Of a stretch of DNA of 64,000 nucleotides, positions 36,953 through 50,469 are shown piece by piece; positions within the stretch are counted from its first letter, which is position 1; every line of letters starts with the position of its first letter. The notes under the pieces are model-generated. The model was not told where the DNA came from, made no database searches, and saw only the letters and a program-made list of their open reading frames with translations. The DNA is from Lama guanicoe. Lineage: Eukaryota. Location: positions 5,178,071 to 5,242,070 of the forward strand of contig MU053810.1 of the NCBI GenBank assembly GCA_013239625.1, written 5' to 3'. The position numbers and the translations under genes were made by a program.

Positions 36953-39189
36953 TGCAGGAACTAATCAGGGATGTGTGGCTCTCCGCAGAGACACCTGGGA
37001 GGGGGCTTTGAGAATTCCCATCCATTGGTGGAAAGGGAGTCACACGGGAGAGGAGTAAACCGAGTTTCATTTGGAAACTGTAGTTGGAATTCAGCTCAGT
37101 ATATGAAATCACTATTGTGACTATTCAAAAATATGGAAGGAGCTGCCTCAGTGGTATTTCTTTTCCAAAGTTATTTTAACAGAGGTTAATAACAAGGCAA
37201 ATTGGATTTACCCACGGGATAAAAGATTTGCCTATAAGGTGATGCTATCTAACATTATGGGACATTCTATGAAAATTCCACATGAGAAAAAAGGTTTTGT
37301 GAAACATTCTCAAATGAATATTTAGTCTTATTGCATATTGCTTCTGTACCTTAATATCCTTAACTCTTCTCCTAAGCATACTTTTTAGTTTTCAAATGAT
37401 CTGTGTCTCATTTTGATCAATTATATTACTGATATATATACTTATCATAAATGTAGCTATTCTCAAAGCCAGTCTTATTGATAAGGATGATCTATTCTGA
37501 GAGACTTCTGCTTGGCTTTTGGGAAATGGAGGTAGAATTATAAGTTATTGTATCAAATGCTTGGGTTTTAGGTCCATTTATTGAAAGCGTAGGGGTGGCT
37601 AAGGCAGTCATTTTGGCTTTAAAACCAGAATGACTTTAAACGAACAAGGGCTTTAAAACCAGAAATCAAGCAAACCTTGAGCTGAACTAAACCTTTAAAT
37701 TCACAATACCTTTACTGAATGTTGGAAAAATTTTAAACTTCCAGAGAAGATTCAAACCCTAAATAAATCCAAAGCCTGAGCTACTTTGTCCAATTTGCAA
37801 TAGCCAATTAATCATTGAATGGGGAACATTTTCAAGCTTGTGTACAAACTTCATGTAACCAGGACACTCCCAAGCTGCCTCTGGGGCAAGTCTTTCTTTA
37901 TTTAGTGGTCTTCTACTGAGTGGATATTTTGTGACTAGGGAAAAAAATAGATCTAATCTACTTATCAAGAATGATCTTGTCTTTTTTATTGGCAACACTG
38001 GGTTGACCATTTAGCAATTTTTTTTCTGAGGCTACTTTGGAAAAGCAGACAGACTCATACTACCTTAGGAAAGAACCAGATCACTCCAAGTATTTATATC
38101 TTACAAGCATTTTTTTCTTTGGTCATTATTTTATAAGTTTTTCTCTGCCTCCATTGAGCAAGTGTCTAGAATAGTGTAAAAGCTATGCCTTAAGACTAAG
38201 GTGGCTCTTTTCAACATCAAATAGACTGAAGATCAAAATAAGCAGCTGAAATGAGATGCTTTCAGTAAAATAGGTTTGAATAGATTTGAGAATTATTTGA
38301 CTCTCTGTTTTGGTCAGACAGACGAACAGAAGAATGTCTATATCTTGACTCCACTTGTGGCCATGTAGATAGGGTTCAGTGACATTCATGCCTAAAAATT
38401 TTCCTAGGCTTTGACAAATTTAAGTATGCTATTTTTCTTAGGATGGATGTGACAACTGGTCACACTTTGAAGATCACATTAGGAAGACTAAAAATTCCTG
38501 GCAAAAATCTATGAATTGCTAAGAGGCATCATAGCCACAGGCAAAAGTAAGTCATTATAAGTTTTCTGCAGATATTTCATTATTTGAAAATATGCACCCT
38601 ATGGTCCTTAGGACAGACTCATGATAAATTTCACTGAGTTTCTTAAAAGATATCAAGTTGTATAAAGTTGATAAAATAATGACATTCTCAGTCTCATTAT
38701 ACTGAGATTCCATTTCATTTTCTTTTCTAATATGCCATGTCAAGAAGAGAGGGAATAAAATAATATTAAGCATCTCATCGGCTGGATAGTGAAATTAATC
38801 TTATAATGGTGCCTCACTCACAGCTATGTCATTAGGATTTTTTAATGGAATAATTTTAAGGAATCTCAAGGGAATATCAGGCTCACAATATTTTTACCCA
38901 GAGAAATAGATGGACTTAAGAAAAAAATCCTCACAACTGTATTTTATCAATTCTTGCCCTTTTGGCATTGGGTAGACTTAGAATTTAATTTCTTGTTTAA
39001 AGAAGTCCTCCCTTGTGAAGCAGGAGGACGAGGAGAATGCCAGTGGTCAAAGTCCAGCTGAAATTAATCTTAAAATCCTATAATTCTATATGAAGACTAA
39101 TGTTATGTCTCTGAATTTATAACAACTTCCCTGGAGGTAATGCTTAAGAGGCTAGAATTTTCTTAGATTGAGCAATCTTGTGAGAATTC

Positions 39190-40027
39190 TGAAATATTGG
39201 CGGCTGTGAGAAAGTCAAGTATCTGAATTACTCACCATTTCTCCTAAATACTGAAATCAAAACAGCCTTGGGCTTTAAGAAGATATTCAGAAATCGCATC
39301 CCATAGGATTAACAGAGGCTGGTGACTTGCAGAAATTCTTGAGCCTGTCTTACAGAACAACAGATAAAGGAATAGCTTGTTAAAACCCCTCTGCTTGTAA
39401 ACTGCCTTCACTGATTAAGCTCATTTTAGTTCTTTTTTTCTTTTCTTTCTTCCTGTCTTTAATTGCATACCCTCCAAGCTTCACTTAGCCTATGTAATAT
39501 ATCACAAGACTCCTTAACCACCCCTATGGATAATGCCTCTGGTGTATGGGTTGCTATAGTAACAAGGGATTATGTTGTTTTTTAGGAACCTGGAGTCAGC
39601 TCTTGTCCAGTTCAGGCTGGCTAAGACTGGTTGGGACCAGCTACCCTAAAACTAGGCCTGCATAGATGTTCAGTAAATGACCTTTTGACATCAGAGGGCC
39701 AAAAACTCCACCTCGGATCATGTTGAGTGCATTCATTTTTGAACACGCATCCCATGAAGAAGCATGTAACCCCGATACACCCAGGTAGAACACTGATGAC
39801 CTCACCTTTTCCCGGCCTCCAATCACCTCTCCCCACACCTAAGCCCACCCTGAGTCTTTATCGCATAAATACTTCACACCCCTGACCTTCAGGGAGGCAG
39901 ATCTGAAACTTATACTCCCACCTCCTCACTTGGTTGCCTCATGAATAAATTCCTTCTCTGCTGCAAACCTCAGTGTCCCAGCATCTGGCTTGCTGTGCAT
40001 CAGGCAAATGAACCTGGTTCAGTAACA
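39190..40027 (+). mobile_element. Solo ERV1-type LTR (~838 bp)
   Basis: TG...CA termini (TGAAATATT...GGTTCAGTAACA) flanked by a 4-bp TSD ATTC (39186-39189, 40028-40031). TATA-like CATAAAT near 39864, AATAAA near 39944, and a U5-like end gctgcaaacctcagtgtc. The left boundary relies on the TSD. Confidence 0.7.
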
Positions 40028-43000
40028 ATTCTACATAATGCAGCATTTAGGGAAAAAATACATCAGTGTATCTCTAAGCAGAGACATATGCAAAATGAAT
40101 CTGCTCTGGGCACCATTCTATAGGGTATGAATTACATCCTTTGCCCAATCAGGACACTCTAATAGTGATCATGCAGGCCATCTGAGTCCTCCCTGTTCAT
40201 TTACTGTTCCCCTAAAGTATCTTAAGTTGAATACTAAATAAGGAACCTCACTCCACTACTGACAAGTGCTTTATTCCATGGTGCTTTCTTGTGTTCTGGT
40301 ACCATGTCCACTATGGCCACGGCAGTATTCCCTTTACTTTTAACTGTTTCTTAAATATGCTTATTTATCTTGATGGAGCATAATAATATTTAAAGTAGAA
40401 ATCTCAGTAATGTCCTCTCCTGGGATAATTTTCCCCCTAAAACCAGGGACATTTGTCAAGCTGAGGAAGGTACAAGCTAAAATGTCTCTGTAATTGTAGA
40501 AAAACATAATGGCCTCTCAAGCTACTTATGTAATTGCATGCTTTAAATCAGGTTGGGAAGGAGGGGGTTGGAGTGAGGACTCTTGAAAATGGCAATGGTG
40601 ACCTCCACTGATTCTGGGATGTCTGGGCATACCCAAGGAAGCCACTGTTCCATATAGGACACAATACATGTGAAATTAGCCTAGACTGGCAACACGCAGT
40701 GCATTTTATTATATTTTTTGGCCCCAAATATCTGAATTCTCCTTCAGTTTTGCTGGCTGAAAAAGCAAAAAGAGTATGGGGGGAAACCACTCTAGGCTCT
40801 TGGCTACAGAAGAGTGGATAAGGTGGCGTTAAATGTGTATAATCAGATTTTTAATAACCATTTATTTACTTACAGTGATACAGTGATTAAGCACAAAGTA
40901 ATTTTTTTGTTTGTTTTAATGAAAGAACTGGGGGTATTTACTTTGAAAAGAAATGAAGACCTGAAGGATGGTGAGGAGGGTGTAGAAGGGACCAGATGGA
41001 TGTGTTGGATAGGGAAGATCTGTCCCATGGCAAAAGGATTTGACTCACCTTTAAGGATACAATTATGCTAAGGGCAGAGTGAGAACCAGTAAGTACACAT
41101 CCTCATAGAGGAGAATATTTAACTCAAATTATGGACAAAATTTCTACCGAGTCAAATGATCTGAAACTGATTGAGGTGGATGTTTACTTTTCAAGGACTT
41201 TGTAAGGAGAACTTATGCATCAGGTGGCGATGGCCCTTACGATTTCTTCCAGCCATAATGTTGGGGGTCCTATTCTAAATCTAAATCTGAGCTAATTTCT
41301 TACAAAACCTGGGTCAGAGGTCAATGTCATGGCTGTTAGAAGAGCGGCTTCCTAGATGACTTCCTTTTTCTTCAGCATACCCTAAAACCTTGCGTGTGCT
41401 CGGAAGACTAGAGTCCTCTGGACTAAGTGTGACTTGGCCAGAAGTTTCTCTGAATGTCTCCAGGGACACAATATAGACCTTTGGCTCAGGAATGTCAATG
41501 AGATTCATTATATTAACATATTCAAAAGGGAAAGTTCAAGAAGAGGAAGAAATATGTATGGACTCAAAAATCTTATATTGTTTCATCAATAGAACTCAGG
41601 CAAGGGGCAGATGGGCACATAATGTAACAAGAATGAACGTCTAGTCTAACAATCCGTAATGTTGTTGGAGTGTCTATTATTTCCAAGAATCATCTTATTC
41701 CATCTTCAAAAACCTTTTATGAAATAGGTACAGTTATTAGGCTCATTACTTAAGTGCAGAGGTGTGAATTCCTACCCAAGCAGTAAATGGCATTGCTGGG
41801 ATTCAAACTCAGATCTGTCTGCCTCCACTCCCAGAGTCTTAGTCACCGTCTCAGAGGAGACTGGAGCCTCCCGAATATCTTGGATGCCTGAAGCCCAAGT
41901 ATCCCTGAATTAGGTTCTCCGTAAAATCTTTAACCAAGAACTTGAAAACACAGCACCAATCTTGGATCACACAATCTCAGAACTAATTTGAACTTTGGAA
42001 ACAATTGATATCACCTATGTATAAACAATAATGTATAGAGAAGACCTGAAGAAATTAGGAATCTGTGATTATTTGAATTGCATGAGGAATTTGAGGAAGG
42101 AGACCAATAGCACACATAGGCAATGATGTGCAATTCAACTGTATTCAGTAATATAATGTTCATTATTTTTTTCTGAGGGCAAAATAAGAGACACTTTTGT
42201 GGGAAATGGTCTAGGTCCAATGTGAGGAATAAATTCCCGGAAGTGAGAAGTATAAAACTTAAGAATAGAATTACCAAAGAGAAAGTTGCAACTTAAAAAA
42301 TTATTCACCTCTATGGACTAATTTGTGCTTTGATTACAGGAATGATACTCAAAAACATTCAGTAGGGGAAAAAGCCAGCTAAGTTGTTGTTTACTATCCT
42401 GTAGTCTTCAAAAGAAAAAATATATATAATTTTTTTTCCTTTGAACTAAGTTATTGAAGAGAAAACTAGGACCTATCTCATTTTTTCCAAATGACTGGGC
42501 TGTGACATCAATGGCACATTGCAAAGCACCGTGTGTTCACATTTTAGGTCTTTGCACTTCTGTTGGCCAATTTCTCAGCTGGAAGACTAAGAAGAGGTTA
42601 TTTGGGTTGAGCTTCCTGCTGCTCTTGCTGCTTTTAGATTATGGATCCTGGTGCTCAGATAAAAGACACAGGGACTCTCTCCAGTGCATGTGCTAAGCCT
42701 ATGTGAGTAGGGACCAGCATCGCGCCTGGCTCTGCCAGCAACACAGATAAATCAACACTTAAATCTTTGGGAAGCCATAGAATACATACAGTTCCCTTGT
42801 TTATTCAATAATTTTTTTCATTCCAGAGCGGATAAAATATTAAGTAGTACTTTCCAACATGAAATCTGGATGTTACCCAACTGCTTGGAAAAGCTGACAA
42901 ATTTTCCCCCTGGGATTTGGTAAAACTTTGTCAACACAAAGAAAGCGAGACCGACAGGGAACCTCCAGCTGGTGGTGGTGCGCCCAGAGGCTCTTCCTGA

Positions 43001-43519
43001 TGTGCTGTCTGAGGTGAGTCTTTGTTTCTTTTCCTGTAAAATGGGGTCAATGAGACCACACCTACAAAAGCACTTGGTAACTGGCCAAGTCCAAGAGATG
43101 TGCTATGTCAGGTGTCAGCACAATGATTGGATTTCCCATTGATGGGGCATCATTTTATAATTCTGAGCAAATACATATTGTTGAAAAATTGCCTTCCAAA
43201 TTAATAATAATGCCCAGTTTGAGAGCCTTTACCATATGTCAGGTCCTGGGCTAAGCTCTTTAAAATACAGGATCTTGTTTAATACTTACCCCACAACTAA
43301 GGTAGTATTATTATCTTTAATAATACATTTATTTATATTTATTATTAATTTATAAATGAGAAAACTGAGGTTTAGAGAAAGTGAATAATTTTCTTCATGT
43401 TATAAAGCTTGAAAGAGTTAGTAGGCATCTGGCCCACATTTCTCTGTTTCATTATGTGAGAATTCACCCATTGATTTAACTTTATCTCCTCCACTTCTGA
43501 AAAGGAAGGACTTTCATTC

Positions 43520-44073
43520 TGGTGATGTGGGAATGGAATTTAGTAACTGTCCATAGTGGTTTCCTGTCAAGTTCAGCCACTGCTCTGCCCAGCCAGGGTC
43601 CTGCTCTGTGCATCAGGTCATGGCCTGATGCTTGCTTGGTACAATGGATACCACGGGTGCCCCATCCAAGCCCCCTTTACGAGCCAGTGCACCCATCCTG
43701 TAGCTGCTACAACTCACAGATGCCCCCATTCTGGAGACTTCTCCACTCCGTCTGCCCCAGCCAACCTGGGGTCCTTGTGTTGCCTCCCTACCCACCCTAG
43801 TAGACCTTGGCAGCAGATGATGGATGGGCACAGGTCAGCCCCCTCACCTAAAGGTGGGGCCTAGTTCAGGTGCCATTTATGCTCCACTGTGTCCCAGGGG
43901 GCATCATGTTGAAGCTAGTCTCCAGCTAAGGCTGGGTTCTTGCTTAGCTTTCTCTTTCCACCCCCAGACCCACTCTTTTCTCTTACTCCTCTGTCCTGAG
44001 AGCACAAGCCAAGATATCACCGGAGCAAGAATCTTCCTTTTAGGTTCTGCTTCTGGGAAACCTGAGCTAAGAC
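43520..44073 (+). mobile_element. ERVL-class LTR fragment (LTR33/LTR16-like)
   Basis: 3' end ggttctgcttctgggaaacctgagctaagaca resembles ERVL LTR termini. Start approximate. Confidence 0.5.
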
Positions 44074-47000
44074 AGTTGGGCATTGTTGGGGTTTTCTGTG
44101 TTATTTTCCTTATCTCTTTATTCAAAGAATTCCATGCCTTCATTTAAATACATTTTCTCCCTGAGCATATTTAGGACATTTTTATTGTTGTTTGTGACTA
44201 ATCCTGGATTTTTCCTTTCCATTGGCGGGGGGGGGAATGGACCATCTTACAGTGAAGGTGTGATACCATGAACACTTGCTGCAATCAAGGAGTCTCCGGG
44301 AATGAGTAGATTCTGCCCTCTAATTACTGACATAGCAAATGGCTTAATACAATCTATTTGGGTCCCTGGTTCTTGTCATACACTGACAAAATTGTTGAGG
44401 TCCCTTCTCAGACAACCTACCATCTCATTCCTACTTGGCGCACATGATCACTGTAGCACTAATTCCCTGGGGTTTCCGGGCATACAAAGGACAGTGGTCT
44501 TTTTCCCCTCTCACGGTGTCTGAAATGTTTCCCCCTCGCCCAGGGAAAGCACCTAATGGCTTCCTCTTTGCCTTCATTGAGTGCTGGTTTCTCAGTCAGG
44601 CTGCAAAGGAGATGTGAAAACTGCTCTGAGGCACCGTGACTAGGCTCTTCTGTGTCACCCTGAAGCAACAGCACAGCACTTCTTTGAGCTAAAGAAAGAA
44701 AGAAAGAAAAATGCACATTCCAAAGGGACTAATCTTACAGTCTGAAAGAAAAGCTTCTCCCATAAACAGGCACAATACTGGCTGTTGAGGGAGGACTATC
44801 TGTGGAAATTGCCAAAAAGATTAGACATTGCGCATCTACCAGTTAATCATTTACAGTTAGAAGTCTAGGCTGATCCATAAGATCCACCACAAAGAGATAA
44901 GAAAGTTGGGGAGCAACACAGGAACATTTACAAGTTCAACGTCTAGAGATTAGTCTCTATGGCCAATGTGATCAATTTCATGGCCCTGCGGCCCTCGCCC
45001 CCCAGCCGCCATGGTGGGCCATGGCTTGAAGGCAGTGTGAGGACAACCGGGAAGATGATTTCAGACTCCTCAGTGGATGGACGGCACCAAGTTCTTACTA
45101 AGATGCTGGGCCTTCTGACTCTCAATGTCAGAACTCTGTCTTCCACAACTGTCCCTGTTCGTTTCTGCTCTGGTCATTACTCATAATCTTTGATCACTTA
45201 ACTTTCTTTACCTTCACGAGTCTTTCCATTGGTAAAAGCTTTATTTATTCCCCCAATTCTCATCACTTCCCCATTATTTTCATCCTTCCCCATTGACCTT
45301 ATTTCAGACCCTGACAACTCTTCCTCGCTCCAAAGAGCCTTCCTCCAGGTGAGATGCTGTTAAAGTAGCTGGTACAACTGTTGTTTAGATTCCCATAGTT
45401 CAGTAGAAAAATCCTGGGTACTCATTTGCACTTTTATAGATTTTCCTAGTGAGCCATTCAAGTTTTCTTGCCTCCTTCTTCCCAGACCATTTTCCTTCAA
45501 GACGCTGCCTCTGTAGATTACCTAGCAAAAATCACAGAAGGAAATTAGCTTGGAGAAGGACTTCCTGTACCTGGAATAGCTATCCCTAAGCTTTGTTTCA
45601 AATAATAACATAACCTTGAAACACCCCCTCATTCAGGTAGTAATTTCCTGCTAACATCTCTTTACCAAGTAATGTTCCCTTTTTTCCATGCTAAATATAT
45701 TCGCTCCGTGGTGTATAATGCAAATGTCTTTCTATGCATACAACGCACCCAATCATTGACACCTGCAAATGACCAAATGGATTCTATGAAGGACAGAAAG
45801 CCATTTAGAGCTCATTAAACATTATTTGGGCCATTCATAATCAATGTGAATTGAGCTGAGCAGAGAGTAAAAATTAAACTTTAGATGGTAACTAATTTTT
45901 CTTTTCTCTCTGCCTTGCAAAGCCATCAAAGTAAAGATCTCAAAGTTCATGTATTAATCTGTCTCTTATTGAAAGGGCTTGTTTTCATTAGCCAAGGTCT
46001 TCTATAATGTCATTCTTTTTTTTTTTTTTCCTGATTTTTGACCCTGGAGAACACTGATTGGCTAAGTCCAGAGCCGCCCCCCCTACCAGGGAGGCAGGTG
46101 AAATGAGTCCTTAGAATCCTACTGCTACCTGTTTCTCAGTCTTACCTTCCAGTCCCCCAGCTCACTCCCTACCCCCTCACTGCACGCATGCCTGCTCCTG
46201 CGTTATCCTGTCAATAGTCCCTTGGTCTTGGTTAGCAGTTTAAATGTCCCCCCCCCTTTTTTTTTGGACTATTATAAAAAGTAAGCTATCACTTTTCTTG
46301 GAAATAATGGTATATAAAAATAAATTCTTTCTGATTATAAAATTAGTAAATATTCTTTTTAACAGGTTTTGTGGGGAAATACAAAAAAATGAGACAAAAT
46401 GTAAGTCCATCTGTAATTCTACCTTTCGGAGATATCGATCTCAGGATTTTGGTGTCCTTGCTTTTTTTTTTAATTAAAGAATTGAGATCTTTTTTTTTTT
46501 ATCAGATCTCCAATGTTCTATTATTCACTTACCACTCTTCAGTGATCATTTCTCAGGTCATTAAAATGATCATTAAAGCATGATTTTAAAGTTGTCCTCA
46601 TACTGCATCCTGTGGTTCCAGCATAATTTACCCTACTAGTCCCTCGGGATGGAACAGCCAGTCTCTTTCTGATTTTTCTATTGTAAATAATAATTTTAAC
46701 ATACTTTCCCCTACATATCTGTGGTGTTTTGATAGAGGATTCCTGAAGACTCCAAGAAATGTCTCTTTAACACAAAATTGCAGAAACGGGTTACAGGAAG
46801 GAGTTACAGTTTTGAAGGGAGAAGGGATTCTTGCAAATGTTCATTTGTTTGCTAAAAAGGATAATTTCACGTGTGGCTGAAGTCGGGCAGATGAAGCATC
46901 TGCTGTTGACTTGTTACACATGCTTAAGTGATCACTTAGGCGGGATGAGTGTGGGGTGAAAGTGGATCCATTTTCAACTAGTAAATCGAGATCACCAGCT

Positions 47001-47288
47001 TCCCAGCTTCTTGTCTCCATACATCATTCCAAAATGGAAGCCAGGCTGGCCCTTCTGTGCATGACAATGTTCAGTTCCCATTGTCTACTTTAAAAACGCA
47101 TCATACAGCCCTTCAATGACTTTGCTGAAGGAAGAGCTAAATCCAAGAATTAATCGTTCTTCAAAGAGAGGTGTGCCTGAGGCCGAAGTGACTCCTGCAT
47201 CCTCTCCCAGCTTCCATCGTTCTGTTTGTATTTCAGATGACTACAGTTTGGGGAAGTGCTTCCCTGGAGAAACCCACGGAAGGACCAC

Positions 47289-47306
47289 GACTCCCTCTAG
47301 TGGCCA
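47289..47306 (-). promoter_or_regulatory. Candidate CTCF site
   Basis: Minus strand TGGCCACTAGAGGGAGTC closely matches the CTCF core consensus. Confidence 0.55.
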
Positions 47307-49844
47307 ACAGCGCTAGGCAAACAGGCCGACTCTCCCCTGCAAGGTTCAGAAGCCAAGAACCGGTGTCCTTAAATGCCCTCCTGAAATAATGGAAGCTGTG
47401 TTTCTGAAGGAGACTCTTCTCACTCCACAGAAGCTTTTGTCTTTAACAGGCCATCTGTGTCTACTGCTGCCACAAGACAAGACATCAGGGGATGTTTTTT
47501 CCTCCTTCAGGGCCACATCCCAGCCTCTTTTTTTCCTCTTAATTAATTCAGCAAGCTACTGGGTTATGGTGCTTCTTTTTCACCAGCGTTAGAAACTTAT
47601 GTACCGATTCACTTTATGCTGTGTCATGAGCTAGAGGCATTGCTAATATGAACAGAGCCCAGAAGAAAGCAGCTGGGAACCGGAGAATATTCAGATGAAC
47701 TATTGGAAAATGTCATAAAATCACTTTCTTTGGCTTTCTTGTAAATGTAAAATTTTAGGAACACTGAGAAAACCAGAAGAGAATATTACAAGAGTTACTG
47801 GCAAATCACTTATAAATAAGGCTATATCCAAAGCCTCTATGATTTTTTTCCCCCAGAGTTTAGCCAGTCACCTCAGATAACCACACTGCTATTTTAAGAA
47901 TAAATTGAGAAGCTTTCATAAATGAATTCTCTAAATCCTTTATTGATCTCTTCATGAGCTTATAAAGAAATCTAGCTACAGCCAGATGAGGTGACCTGGT
48001 TCCTGGCAGAGAACCCACCTACATTAACTTCTTTCCTCTTTCCCTGCACCCTACCTACCTACCTACCAACAGCAAACTGCTTGAAAGCTCTGGGTCTAGA
48101 TTTTCTCACTTGAAAAATTAGAGGATTGAATTACCTGAGCTGTAAGCAGCTCTGCCAGTTATAATCGGCGTGAAAAATAGCACTTAGCCTCTTCTTAGCG
48201 AGCAACCCCCCACCATTACTGTTGGCTTATGATCTAAGGTGACTTCCAACAACAAAGCAGGAAACACTTCCTTTTTCTAATTCCGGGCTCACACGTCCCC
48301 TGGATATTCCTCTGCTGTTAGGACCAGGGCATCTGAGCATCTCAGTCTGTGCTTGCTGACAAACAGGCAGCCTTCCAGGACTCAGTGTGAAGTTGCAGCA
48401 GGTGAAGAAAAATGTCCACCATTTCAAGGGAATCTCAAGGCTGACACGGCTGTGCTAGAATTCTTTGCCTTTTATTTATGCCGAGATCAGCGCGAACACT
48501 ATAGCTTTGACCTGTGCAAATACTATAAGCACTTCAGCCCAGAAACAGTTTTACCTCTTTTATTAGATTGGGCTGTCGGTTTGTGTTTGAAGAGGAGCTA
48601 TTTATGTGCTTGCAAATAAAGCACTGGAGGAAAGGAATTTAAAGGATGTCCTTGAGCGAATTTACGGGGTTTTATTTCAAGAGGCTAAGCTGCATGTTAA
48701 CCCTCCATCTCTTGGTGCGCACCACTTCCACCCCACTCCCAGGGGTGCCTGCGAGAGATGAGTGGTCAGGCGGCCTTGAGAAAGTCACTTCCTCGGTGTG
48801 CTGGCTCATGCCCTGGAAAAAGAGAGGGCTGATGGTGACCTCCTGACCACCAGGAAGGAAAAGAAGTTCAAGATGCTAAAGTCTGCTGTTCGGGGAGGTG
48901 GGGCCCGCTGCCTATGACTTGGTTATTTGGCTCATTTGTGACTGGGTGTTTTCAGACCTTAGTCATGGCTATTCTGTCAAAAGAATGCATGAACTTGAAA
49001 ACAAGAATAATAAAGTAGCCTATTACTCCTTTGGTGTGCCCACTGGAAAGTAAGACTATAGCTTAGAGTTTATAAAATCAGTTTGTTAAACAAAAGTGCA
49101 ATTAGCCAGGGTGGAGTCATTGTGAACACCTGTAGGCCACCCTCTGCCTCTTTAGGGGTGAACAATGGCGTTGTGATTTCACCATGTCGTTTTAGCTTCA
49201 GTCTTTTCTTCTGCTATCTACAGCTCAGTCATTTAACATTTCTTACCTCTGGGTTAGGGAAAGTAAGAAAAGAAATCTTTTACTTGAGCCCTTGGTTACC
49301 TTTTTAAAAGTATCTCCTGTTAGAACAGGGCAGGACTGCAATTCCCAAAATACTTGCCCGTGATGTTACTAGAGGCTACTCCCAAAAAAGGGTTTGTGCT
49401 CGAATGAATTTAGTTAGCATTTCTCAGAGTGAATAAAGTCATTCCTGTTCTCACCGGAACGTCGGCTGACCCTGCCGCTGTGTCATCCTGTGACTGGTGA
49501 TAGAAGGAATGAGAGCATCCTCGTGCCCACTGGCACTTCGACTTGGTTGGAGAAAAGTGGCCAGTCAGTTGCTAGGGAGTATGTGTCTCCTGATCAAATG
49601 ACTGGATTCCAGTGTTGAAAAATGGCTGCATTCAGAGCTGCAAGCACCCCATTATGCGCTATCCCCTGCGCTCTCCCAGGCTGCCTGGTATATCTTCTGC
49701 TGCTGCCACGTAGCACTAGACAAGTGAGCCCTGTCCTGGGCTCCGTGTTTAAGAAGACCCTGCTCTGGCTCTCCTCCAGAGGACTCTCCCCAGAGGGCAA
49801 TGGAGCTCTGCCCGCCCAGAGCCTACGGCCCATCTTCTTTCTAG

Positions 49845-50028
49845 ACCGGTGGCTCTCAGAATGAGGTTTCCAAAAAAAAAGGCAGCATCACATCATCTAG
49901 GAATTTGTTAGAAATGCAGATTCTAGGGCCCCAGTCAGAACGACTCAATCAGAAACTCTGAAGGAATTCAGTGTTTTCACAGCCCTCTTGGTTGATTCTG
50001 CCTGCTCAAATTTGAGAATTGTTGTTCT
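49845..50028. mobile_element. MER5A-like hAT-Charlie element
   Basis: gcagcatcacatcatctaggaatttgttagaaatgcagattctagggcccc...aatcagaaactctg...ctcaaatttgagaa. Confidence 0.7.
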
Positions 50029-50423
50029 GATCTAGGTCAGGCTCTGGGGTCTGATGGGGTCTAATACCCCCTCTGATGGCTCTGGGCCCCCCTCCAGGGC
50101 TTGCTCAGGCTTCTTTCCTGGGTTTGAGGACAGGTGTGCCTCCAGTGGCCAAAAGCAGACCTTGGAGGAAGGTTGGGAGGCAGAGCTTGAATTTGGTGTG
50201 CTGGGCTGTTCACAGTTGTACCCCAAGTATCTAAGTCATTGTGAAAGTACATTTTTCAAAATACTAGGATAAAACATACCTTATGTAACAGTCTGTTGGT
50301 TTGATTCATAACTTTTAAATATTTAGATATATAGTAGACAGGCCTCCAGTTTTACTCGTATCCTGGACGCTGCAAATATTAGGGGTCGTCCTGCTGCTAA
50401 AAGTCCATTCTTTAATTTACCTG

Positions 50424-50457
50424 TTCATTCATTCATTCATTCATTCATTCATTCATT
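50424..50457. repeat. (TTCA)n microsatellite
   Basis: Directly visible. Confidence 0.9.
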
Positions 50458-50469
50458 TCTATATGAACT

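Noticed and set aside
37615..37664. 16-bp direct repeat GGCTTTAAAACCAGAA x2
   Set aside because: Simple local micro-duplication with no inserted element of note or functional clue.
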